From positions 1,247-65,246 of the forward strand of contig JAPLDA010000071.1 of the NCBI GenBank assembly GCA_026391945.1: a DNA stretch of 64,000 nt, in the 5' to 3' direction. Of the stretch, positions 9,264-17,748 are shown piece after piece. The stretch is from Bacteroidota bacterium. GTDB lineage: Bacteria; Bacteroidota; Bacteroidia; AKYH767-A; 2013-40CM-41-45. The notes beneath the pieces were generated by a model. The model saw nothing but the letters and a program-made list of their open reading frames with translations, had not been told where the DNA came from and searched no databases. Each line of letters starts with the position of its first letter. Within the stretch, counting starts at the first letter, position 1. The position numbers were made by a program, and so were the translations under genes.

Positions 9264-10193
9264 TCAAATTATCCGCACACCGTTTTTATTTACAGAAGAA
9301 ATATAGACTTCCGACTGAATGCCATTTTTCGTAAACACTTTTTTCATCGCCTTGCTGATATTACCGGAAGCATTTTTTCCGTTGCATAAAGCAAAGATGG
9401 ACGGACCGGAACCGGAAATACTGCAGGCAATAGCTCCGCTTTCCAATGCCGCATTTTTTACTTCATGGAAATGCGGAATCAAAGCCGCACGAGCCGGCTC
9501 AGCGACATGATCTTCTACCGATCGCCCGATTAAATCCATGTCGTTCGAAAATAATCCTGCAGTGAACGCAGCGGTGTTTCCCCATTGCCGGACAGCCGTA
9601 TTCAATGGAATATTTTTTTTCAGTACAGCCCGTGCATCTTTAGTAAGGACTTCCACATGAGGATGCACAACAACCAAATACAATTTTGCCGGGACTGGCA
9701 GCTGAATGATATCGAGAGGTTCGTACGAACGGATTAAAATAATTCCACCGAGCAGGCATGGCGCTACGTTATCAGCGTGTGCGGAACCGGAAGCAACCTT
9801 CTCCCCTGCCATCGCAAATGGCACGAGTTCCTTTTTCGAAAAAGGTTTTCCAAGTAAAACGTTCGCAGCAAAAACACCGGCGACTGAACTTGCAGCGCTT
9901 GAACCCAAACCACTGCCCAACGGCATTTTCTTTTTCAGCACGACATCAAATCCCTGGCTCATCTTCATCTCATCAAGCATGGACTGGATCGCAACCGTAA
10001 CTGTATTTTTTTTTGCATTATAGCTCAACTTTCCTCCATCGCCCGTAATTTTTTTGATGATGAGCTTTTTATCCTTGTTGAAAGAAAGCATCAACTCATC
10101 ACCCGGCACATCAATAGCCAGTCCCATGACGTCGAAACCACAGCCAAGATTGGCCACCGTGGCAGGCGCGAAAACTTTAACCGATTTCATCAT
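9264..10193 (-). CDS. thrB: Homoserine kinase
   Basis: GHMP kinase motif PLGSGLGSSAAS; position between thrA and thrC. Confidence 0.85.
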   Translation of the reverse strand: MMKSVKVFAPATVANLGCGFDVMGLAIDVPGDELMLSFNKDKKLIIKKITGDGGKLSYNAKKNTVTVAIQSMLDEMKMSQGFDVVLKKKMPLGSGLGSSAASSVAGVFAANVLLGKPFSKKELVPFAMAGEKVASGSAHADNVAPCLLGGIILIRSYEPLDIIQLPVPAKLYLVVVHPHVEVLTKDARAVLKKNIPLNTAVRQWGNTAAFTAGLFSNDMDLIGRSVEDHVAEPARAALIPHFHEVKNAALESGAIACSISGSGPSIFALCNGKNASGNISKAMKKVFTKNGIQSEVYISSVNKNGVRII

Positions 10194-10201
10194 CCCGGTT
10201 C

Positions 10202-12682
10202 TTATTCAAAATAATTTGCAATGCTGATGATTTCAGCGAACACTCCTGCCGCCGTCACTTCCGCTCCAGCGCCTGGCCCTTTCACAACCAACGGGCGGTC
10301 ATGGTAACGTTCGGTCGTGTATGAAATGATGTTATCGCTTCCTGATAAATTATAGAATGGATGCGAAGTGTCGACTTCCTGTAAAGAAATCGAAGCACGG
10401 CTGTTCTCAAGCTGGGCGATGAAACGCAACACTTTGTTTTTGTCATCAGCCTTTTTTCTACGAACATCAAAGAAATCGTTTGAACGTTCCAGCTCAGTAA
10501 AAAATTCTTCCACCGTTTTTGCCTTTTTGCAATTGGCAGGAAGAATTTGTTCAATCACGATATCATTCATCTCGATATTCAAACCCGTTTCTCTTGCGAG
10601 GATTAATAATTTTCTGGCAACGTCCATTCCACTCAGGTCGATGCGTGGATCCGGTTCGGTATACCCTCTCCGGTGAGCTTCATGAACGATGTCGCTGAAT
10701 TTCGTTCCGGCTTTAAAATTATTATAGATGAAAGAAAGCGTTCCCGAAAGAACTGCTTCAATCCTGATGATCGTATCTCCGCTTGACAGTAAATCCTGCA
10801 ACGTGCCGATCACCGGCAAACCCGCTCCCACATTGGTTTCGTAAAGGAAACGAACGTTTCTCTTTTTTGAAATATCACGCAGCTTCGCATAGTCTTTCAG
10901 CTTTCCTGAATTGGCTAATTTGTTTGGTGTCACAATGGAAATGCTGTGGTCGAGAATAGTCTCATAGTGTTTAACAACTTCCTCACTGGATGTATTGTCA
11001 ACAAAAACACTTTGAGGAAGATTCAGGCGTATCATCTCCCGGATAAAACCAGCCATGTTCATTTTTTCTCCCGACTTGTCCAATGATTCTTTGAAATTCT
11101 TTGTGTTGATTCCGTTTTCATCAAACAACATTTTCTTTGTATTGGCCAATGCCACGAGGTTGATTTCAAGAGAACGGAATTTTTTCAGATGAGTTTTTTG
11201 TTTTTCCATCTGCCTCAATAAGGTGTTCCCGATCAGTCCGGCGCCGATCATAAAAACATTCAACGTTTTGGTATCCGAGAGAAAGAATGACTGGTGTAAC
11301 GAATTCAGCGCCTTGTTCAGGTCAGCGCGATGAATCACGACGGAAATATTCAGTTCGGAAGAACCCTGTGCTGTAGCGACAGCGCTGATTCCGTTTTTTC
11401 CAAAAGCCTGGAAGAGCCGTCCTGAGACACCGGGCGTGTTTCGCATGTTCTCACCGATCACCGCCACCACAGAGAGATGATCTTCCACCCGCACTTTCTG
11501 AATCATGTGTGCTTTGATCTCGAGGCTGAATGCATCATCAATGGCTTTGCTTGCAATGGCTGCATCAGCAGGCTTAACAGCAAAACTGATGGTATGCTCG
11601 GATGAACCCTGGGTAATTAAAATAACATTGACTTTGGCTTGCGACAACGCGCCGAACAATCGCGCTGAAATACCTGCAACACCAACCATTCCGCTTCCCT
11701 GCAACGTAAGCAAAGAGATTTCATCAATCGATGAAATGCCTTTGATCATAAATTGCTGATCGGTGTATTCGGTAGAGATGCAGGTTCCGTTCGAGGATGG
11801 ATTGAACGTATTTTTTATCCAGAGCGGAATACCTTTTTCCAGTGCCGGCTGTATCGTTGGAGGATGAATGACCTTGGCACCGAAATGCGACATCTCCATC
11901 GCTTCTTCATAGGTCATGGAAGAAACGGTGAACGCTTTTTTAACTTTTCTCGGATCGGCAGTCATCACGCCGTCCACATCCGTCCAGATCTGAATTTCAG
12001 ATGCATCAAGAGCAGCACCAAAAATGGCTGCTGTATAATCTGAACCGCCTCTTCCTAATGTGGTTGCTTCCCCTTTTTCCGTTGAACCGATGAAGCCGGT
12101 AACACAGGCAATGCCTGAAAATTTATTAAAATAATCTGTGATATTTTTATTGGTTAATTTGAAATTCACCAGCGCACTTCCGAATGTTTCATCTGTTTTG
12201 ATGTATTGCTTTGCATCGAGAAATGATGCTTTCATTTTTTGAGAAATGAAATACGCTGAAATAATTCTTGAAGAAAGCAGTTCACCAAAACCACTGATGA
12301 AATCAAGGGTTCGAAATGATAATTCCCTTACGAGGAATACGCCGTGCAAAAGATCATGAAGTTCCGAGAAAGATGATTCAATAAAATCCCGGAGAGGTTT
12401 ATCCTTTGTCAGCCGGAGTTCTGAAATGGCGTTACGATGCCTTGTTTTAATTTTCTCAAAAACCTCGAGGTATTTTTTATCCCTGTTGGCTGCGAGACGG
12501 CTGGTCGTAATGAGGTCATCGGTGACACCGCCGAAAGCTGAAAATACGACGGCGATTTTTTTATCTTTCCGATGAGTTTCTGAAACAATTTCTGCGACAC
12601 CTTTAATCCTGCTGGCGTCAGCGACAGAGGTGCCTCCAAATTTCAATACGATCATAATGTTTTCCTGTTCTTCGTTAAGCAT
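10202..12682 (-). CDS. thrA: Bifunctional aspartokinase / homoserine dehydrogenase I
   Basis: 826 aa; N-terminal aspartokinase (VLKFGGTS), ACT domains, C-terminal homoserine dehydrogenase; alternative start at MIVLKFGG (~12655). Confidence 0.85.
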   Translation of the reverse strand: MLNEEQENIMIVLKFGGTSVADASRIKGVAEIVSETHRKDKKIAVVFSAFGGVTDDLITTSRLAANRDKKYLEVFEKIKTRHRNAISELRLTKDKPLRDFIESSFSELHDLLHGVFLVRELSFRTLDFISGFGELLSSRIISAYFISQKMKASFLDAKQYIKTDETFGSALVNFKLTNKNITDYFNKFSGIACVTGFIGSTEKGEATTLGRGGSDYTAAIFGAALDASEIQIWTDVDGVMTADPRKVKKAFTVSSMTYEEAMEMSHFGAKVIHPPTIQPALEKGIPLWIKNTFNPSSNGTCISTEYTDQQFMIKGISSIDEISLLTLQGSGMVGVAGISARLFGALSQAKVNVILITQGSSEHTISFAVKPADAAIASKAIDDAFSLEIKAHMIQKVRVEDHLSVVAVIGENMRNTPGVSGRLFQAFGKNGISAVATAQGSSELNISVVIHRADLNKALNSLHQSFFLSDTKTLNVFMIGAGLIGNTLLRQMEKQKTHLKKFRSLEINLVALANTKKMLFDENGINTKNFKESLDKSGEKMNMAGFIREMIRLNLPQSVFVDNTSSEEVVKHYETILDHSISIVTPNKLANSGKLKDYAKLRDISKKRNVRFLYETNVGAGLPVIGTLQDLLSSGDTIIRIEAVLSGTLSFIYNNFKAGTKFSDIVHEAHRRGYTEPDPRIDLSGMDVARKLLILARETGLNIEMNDIVIEQILPANCKKAKTVEEFFTELERSNDFFDVRRKKADDKNKVLRFIAQLENSRASISLQEVDTSHPFYNLSGSDNIISYTTERYHDRPLVVKGPGAGAEVTAAGVFAEIISIANYFE

Positions 12683-12720
12683 ATCGATACGAAGAAACAG
12701 GTAAAATGTTCAGGATATTT

Positions 12721-13290
12721 TCAACCTGAAAGCCAGTTGCCGATCAGTGTTTTACCATGTTCAGTAAGAATGGATTCCGGGTGAAACTGAACACTGCAAA
12801 GATCATAGGACCGGTGTCTCAAAGCCATGATGCGGTTCTCCCTGTCAACAGCCGTAACATGAAAACAGGCGGGCAGATTCTTCCTGCTCACCATCCATGA
12901 ATGATAATGACCGGTCTTAAATTCTGAAGGAATGTTCCTGAACAATTTTTCAGCGGGATCCGATACACAGGTGATCCGGCTCACTCCATGCTGAACTTTT
13001 TCCATGTTAAACAGTTCACCGCCGAATGCGACGGCTATGGCCTGGTGCCCGAGACAAACTCCCAAAATAGGTTTTACACCTGAAAACTCTTTGATGAGTG
13101 GGATCATGATTCCGGATTCGGCGGGTAAACCGGGACCGGGCGACAAAATCACTTTGTCGTACCTGTTGATTTCCTCTAAAGTTATTTCATCATTCTTAAA
13201 AACGTCGGTGCTGATTCCATCAAACTGTTCAACGAGATGAAACAGGTTAAACGTGAATGAATCGTAGTTATCCAGAATAAGTACTTTCAT
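12721..13290 (-). CDS. Glutamine amidotransferase component of anthranilate/aminodeoxychorismate synthase (TrpG/PabA type)
   Basis: Class I GATase: …VLILDNYDSFTFNL…GVCLGHQAI… catalytic Cys/His. Confidence 0.75.
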   Translation of the reverse strand: MKVLILDNYDSFTFNLFHLVEQFDGISTDVFKNDEITLEEINRYDKVILSPGPGLPAESGIMIPLIKEFSGVKPILGVCLGHQAIAVAFGGELFNMEKVQHGVSRITCVSDPAEKLFRNIPSEFKTGHYHSWMVSRKNLPACFHVTAVDRENRIMALRHRSYDLCSVQFHPESILTEHGKTLIGNWLSG

Positions 13291-13400
13291 TTTAATCATT
13301 CAGAAGGCGCTAAGTTCGTAAAGAAAAATACTTTTGCAGAAATATTATTTCATCAACCCGGAACTGAAACGAAAAACCACCTAACGAATTCCATCCCATC

Positions 13401-13778
13401 ATGAAAAAAACAATCAACACATCCCAGGCCCCTGCTCCTATCGGCCCTTACAGCCAGGCCATCCTGGTGAACGAAACCCTTTATGTCTCAGGACAAATTG
13501 CCATCGATCCTTCCACGGGGAACCTGGTCACCATCAACATAATTAAAGAAACCAACCAGGTGATGCATAACCTGATGCATGTGCTGAAAGAAGCAGGAAT
13601 GGATTTTACAAACGTTGTGAAGTCAACCATCTTTCTAACGGACATGAATAATTTTCCCGTAGTGAACGAGGTATATGGTTCTTATTTCACAGATCAGTTT
13701 CCGGCAAGGGAAACTGTACAGGTATCAAGGTTGCCGAAAGATGTGAACGTGGAGATATCGGTGGTGGCGGTGAAGTGA
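13401..13778 (+). CDS. ridA: RidA/YjgF family reactive-intermediate deaminase
   Basis: Typical RidA sequence (…APIGPYSQA…TIFLTDMN…). Confidence 0.8.
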   Translation: MKKTINTSQAPAPIGPYSQAILVNETLYVSGQIAIDPSTGNLVTINIIKETNQVMHNLMHVLKEAGMDFTNVVKSTIFLTDMNNFPVVNEVYGSYFTDQFPARETVQVSRLPKDVNVEISVVAVK

Positions 13779-13850
13779 GTTTTTAGACAATAGATTTTAG
13801 ATGTCAGACGTAAGACTACAAACTATTGTAATGAAAGCCCGTCCACATTT

Positions 13851-15578
13851 TTAAAAATCACTCTTCAGCCATTTCCTGAAAAATTGTTTTTGTTCCGGCA
13901 ATGCATCCAGGTGTTTTACAATTTTATATTTATGAAAAAATGTTTCACTTCCGGGAGCCAGGGCAATATCTTTCAGTTTCTTTCCAGGCGTAAATACGGT
14001 GAGTACAATTTTCTCGTCAGAAAAATACCGACACAGTTCATCCAGGTTTGATTCCACTTTTATTTCGTTTACTGCGGCAATCTCATCACCTTGACCGATT
14101 CCGGCGCGAGCCGCAATGGAAAAGGGAGCTACAGCAGATACTTTGGTAATCCCCGTTTCCGTTTCCGTTTTAAAACCGAACCTTGATTCATAATATTCTG
14201 ATGAAACACGTTTGAAAAGATCACATCCGGCAAGATGCAGCATTTCACTTAAAAATTTTTCATACGAATCCGTTCCGTACACATAATCAATAAAAAAATC
14301 GGCAACGCTTTCACCCATGATGTTTTCAATCACCGAAATATAATCGTGCTCGGTATAACCGGTTTTCTTTTTTCCGAAATCGTTGTACAAACTTCTGAGT
14401 ACATCATCCAGCGAATGGATGCCAGACGTTTTCCGCCTGATCATCAGGTCCGTCATCAAGGCAATCAAACAACCTTCATCGTAGATGGAAGTCTTGCGAT
14501 GAGGAACTCCTTTCACGTAGCCATCCAGCCAGGTATCGAATGACGAATCAGCCACCGACAGGTTAAACCTTCCGTAATTATCAAAATGTTTCTGAACACG
14601 CTGGCTGATTTCTTCCAGGAATTGTTCCGGTGAATACACACCGCTTCTCACCAAAAACAAATCACCGTAGTAAGTAGTGACTCCTTCGTAAACAAATCCA
14701 AGTCTTGAATAATTTTCCTGTGAGTAATCATACGGCATCATTTCAGCCGGCCGGATTGTTTTCACATTCCATGAATGAAACAACTCATGGGAAGCGAGGC
14801 CGGTAAAATCAGCATACAACGATTCCGACATCAGTTTATATTCTGGCCCGATGGCAAGAACGGTTGAAGCAAGATGTTCAACACCATGATAAAATTTCCC
14901 GGGAAGAACCTGCACAAGAAAATGATATTCATCTGCCGGAAACGTTCCCATCGTTTCGATCTGCTCCACTGTAAAATTCCTGAAATCAGTGAGGATCCTT
15001 TCCCAATCCGGTTTGCAGTTTCCCTGGAACCAGATGTGAAAATTGATATCATTAACAGAATAGGAGTTGTGGTGAAGAGAAGCGCTTGCGATCACAGGCG
15101 AATCAACCAGCGCATGGTAATCATGGGCTTTGAAAACCCGGTCTTTTAATTTTATCAGTGAGGTAGCAATCCTGTAATTCGAAGGCAATACAAATTCCAC
15201 GAAACAGTTTTCATGGATTCGTTCTTCGACATACAAACAGCAATGAATGGGATTGATGTACAGCTGGTCTTCATCGAGCCAGCAACCGCCGGCATCAAGT
15301 TGAGAAGCAAAATAATTGTAGCGGATGAGAACAGAGCCTTCGCCGGGTGTTTTTACTTTCCAGCAATCTTTCGTAACTTTTTTAAACGGCAACGGATTTT
15401 CCTGCTGATCAAAAGCCTGCCAGCGCTGAATATTTTTTGCGAAGTTTCCCAGCTCATAACGGCCAGGCCGCCACGAAGGAAGCTGGAAAAAAATTTCCTC
15501 CTGGTTCACATCCTCCACCACCATCTCGATCTCGATGTAATGGGAAACGGGGTCAGGTGCTGAAATTTTATATTTCAT
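13851..15578 (-). CDS. M61 family glycyl aminopeptidase-like metallopeptidase with C-terminal PDZ domain
   Basis: HELFHSWN zinc motif; C-terminal PDZ-like GDEIAAVNEIKV. Confidence 0.65.
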   Translation of the reverse strand: MKYKISAPDPVSHYIEIEMVVEDVNQEEIFFQLPSWRPGRYELGNFAKNIQRWQAFDQQENPLPFKKVTKDCWKVKTPGEGSVLIRYNYFASQLDAGGCWLDEDQLYINPIHCCLYVEERIHENCFVEFVLPSNYRIATSLIKLKDRVFKAHDYHALVDSPVIASASLHHNSYSVNDINFHIWFQGNCKPDWERILTDFRNFTVEQIETMGTFPADEYHFLVQVLPGKFYHGVEHLASTVLAIGPEYKLMSESLYADFTGLASHELFHSWNVKTIRPAEMMPYDYSQENYSRLGFVYEGVTTYYGDLFLVRSGVYSPEQFLEEISQRVQKHFDNYGRFNLSVADSSFDTWLDGYVKGVPHRKTSIYDEGCLIALMTDLMIRRKTSGIHSLDDVLRSLYNDFGKKKTGYTEHDYISVIENIMGESVADFFIDYVYGTDSYEKFLSEMLHLAGCDLFKRVSSEYYESRFGFKTETETGITKVSAVAPFSIAARAGIGQGDEIAAVNEIKVESNLDELCRYFSDEKIVLTVFTPGKKLKDIALAPGSETFFHKYKIVKHLDALPEQKQFFRKWLKSDF

Positions 15579-15598
15579 GAAAGGAAATCAACAATCAT

Positions 15599-16003
15599 TT
15601 ACTCAACGGTCACTTTGGTTAATCTGAAAGGAATGCTTACAATACTCTGGTAATCATCACCGGCTTCCATCATGTCTTCGTCCTCTTCTTCGTACATCCA
15701 CATCACAGTCACTTCACTCCTTCCTGATTTTTGAACGGCTTCCAGTTTCCTGAAAACATCCAGCAAACATTTGGATGAACTGGTATTAAAATATTCGAGT
15801 TGAATTTTTACGGTGGTGGTTTTCGCCGGCAACTGTAAATACTGATCCAGCCAGTGATACAACGGCTGATAAAATTCAATTGAGTTTTCCGGAATTGATT
15901 TACCGCTCATCTCCAGGACTCCGTCGTCGGCAGAAAAACTGACAAACGGAGTTTTGGATGTGCCTTCAATGTTCAGTGGATTCATGCAAGTATGATTATT
16001 CAA
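15599..16003 (-). CDS. DUF1987 (SiaC-like) protein
   Basis: ~130 aa with …TPFVSFS…SGKSIPEN…FYQP…LEYFNTSSSKCLLDVF…WMYEEEDEDM… pattern characteristic of DUF1987/SiaC. Confidence 0.6.
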   Translation of the reverse strand: MNNHTCMNPLNIEGTSKTPFVSFSADDGVLEMSGKSIPENSIEFYQPLYHWLDQYLQLPAKTTTVKIQLEYFNTSSSKCLLDVFRKLEAVQKSGRSEVTVMWMYEEEDEDMMEAGDDYQSIVSIPFRLTKVTVE

Positions 16004-16012
16004 TTCGTTTTT

Positions 16013-16603
16013 TCAATCAACGGAAATCACCAGGCTGAAAAATGATAACCTGTTGTTTACGGCATCGAAGCGGTAGTTTATTTTTTTTCCTGACTTACGC
16101 GCCATATCAATCAGGCCGAGTCCGGCTCCTCCTTTATCTGACAGTTCCGAACGTCTTAATGCTTCGATGTAATGTGCTTTCAATTCTTCAGCCGTCATGG
16201 CATTCACTTCATCAATCCTGGTCTTCAGTCCCTCGACATGTGTGGTGAGAATATGATTGCCGGTGATGATCCGGTACCTGTTATTTTTATCCTGGCAAAT
16301 CAGGAACATCGCTGATCCCGCACGGTCTTCCGGCTGTTCATCATCCGTAAAATCTTCCATGTGGTGATACACATTCTGCAGGCATTCGACGAGAATGTTA
16401 TTCACCTTTTTCTTCAGCCGCAATTCAGCCGGGCTCATTTCCAATCTTGATTCCATAATCTGGAAGACGGAAGTAAGAAGTTCCTCGGTAATGTTCCCTT
16501 TGAAGGCAAGAATGATATCATCACCTTCCATACGTTTATACATTTCATAAATGTTAAACATAGCCGGGTCTGTGTGGGATGTTATGGAAGCGGATTCTTT
16601 CAT
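16013..16603 (-). CDS. SiaB-like GHKL-type serine/threonine kinase (partner-switch kinase)
   Basis: ~195 aa; C-terminal …GGAGLGLIDMARKSG… ATP-lid-like motif; adjacent to DUF1987 as in SiaB-SiaC pairs. Confidence 0.5.
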   Translation of the reverse strand: MKESASITSHTDPAMFNIYEMYKRMEGDDIILAFKGNITEELLTSVFQIMESRLEMSPAELRLKKKVNNILVECLQNVYHHMEDFTDDEQPEDRAGSAMFLICQDKNNRYRIITGNHILTTHVEGLKTRIDEVNAMTAEELKAHYIEALRRSELSDKGGAGLGLIDMARKSGKKINYRFDAVNNRLSFFSLVISVD

Positions 16604-16742
16604 GCGATGATTTCCCAAAAATAAAGAATTGAATCCGTTTCACAAGCAGATTTTTCTGTCAATATAATGGAAAGTGATTTTCGCACTTAAATTGTTTTTT
16701 ATAACATTACAATCTTCTTTATCTTCCCAACAAAGCGTTTAC

Positions 16743-17735
16743 ATGGAATACCAGGCTTTAATGATTCATTTGTCTTTGATCCTTCGCATCGGTCCGTGGG
16801 ATTTGCTGCTGGTGATCATCCTGCTGATTGTGATCGGAAATTTCTTTTTCATCAAGTGGCGTGACAAAAAATTTCAATATGAAATCCAGGTGCTGGAAGA
16901 GAAAATCAGCATACGCACCGTAGAAGTACTTCAGCAGAAATTCGAACTGGAAAGAAAGAATGAACTGATCGCCGAGAAAAACAAAGAGATGACCGACAGC
17001 CTGAATTATGCAAAACGGATACAGGCCGCCATTCTTCCTAAACCGGAAATCATTCACAGCACGTTCAGCCAATCGTTTATTCTTTACATGCCGAAAGACA
17101 TTGTGAGCGGCGATTTTTATTCGTTCACAAAAAAAAATAACCGGGTGATCATTGCGGCGGCCGACTGTACAGGCCACGGTGTGGCGGGAGCCATCATGAG
17201 CATGATCGGGAGTTCGCTGATGCACCAGGTGATCAATGAAAAAGGAATTACGGATCCTGGAGAAATCCTGGGCCAGCTCAACCTTGGAATCATTGATGCG
17301 CTCAAGCAGGCAGAAAATTCTTCGCACGACGGAATGGATGTTTGCCTGTGTGCTTTCGACATGGAAAAATCCGAACTCGTTTTTGCCGGTGCCAACAGGC
17401 CGTTGTGGATCATACGAAACGGAATCCTTGAATCGTATAAATCCGATAAGTTCCCCATCGGCGGATTGCAGATCGAACACAAAGAGTCGTTTACGAATCA
17501 ACGGATCACGCTGCAGAAAAACGATACGATCTATTTATTTTCTGATGGCTATGCCGACCAGTTTGGCGGCTTGCTTGGGAAAAAACTGATGACAAAAAAA
17601 TTCAAGGAAGTGCTGATTTCCATCCAGGACAAATCCATGAATGAACAGGGAGATTATTTGCATCAGTTCATCAAAGACTGGATGGGAAATGTGGAACAGG
17701 TGGATGACATCATGGTGATCGGGATCAGGATATGA
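16743..17735 (+). CDS. Membrane-anchored PP2C/SpoIIE-family serine phosphatase (RsbU/SiaA-like) with TM plus coiled-coil N-terminus
   Basis: N-terminal TM helix and coiled coil; PPM motifs (…VSGDFY…AADCTGHGV…DGMD…FSDGY…); divergent from the SiaB/SiaC-like pair. Confidence 0.75.
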   Translation: MEYQALMIHLSLILRIGPWDLLLVIILLIVIGNFFFIKWRDKKFQYEIQVLEEKISIRTVEVLQQKFELERKNELIAEKNKEMTDSLNYAKRIQAAILPKPEIIHSTFSQSFILYMPKDIVSGDFYSFTKKNNRVIIAAADCTGHGVAGAIMSMIGSSLMHQVINEKGITDPGEILGQLNLGIIDALKQAENSSHDGMDVCLCAFDMEKSELVFAGANRPLWIIRNGILESYKSDKFPIGGLQIEHKESFTNQRITLQKNDTIYLFSDGYADQFGGLLGKKLMTKKFKEVLISIQDKSMNEQGDYLHQFIKDWMGNVEQVDDIMVIGIRI

Positions 17736-17748
17736 AGAAGATTGAAAA

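Noticed and set aside
12656-12720. thr-operon leader-peptide attenuator
   Set aside because: The short sequence upstream of thrA has no Thr/Ile-rich run; it contains only a single imperfect hairpin.
16758-17501. 247-aa ORF on the minus strand entirely inside the PP2C phosphatase gene
   Set aside because: Antisense to a well-supported CDS; its composition is a mirror of the sense gene. The same applies to other long antisense ORFs (24243..24740, 25533..25994, 36731..37201, 43085..43666, 58871..59764, 22033..22554, 26821..27297).
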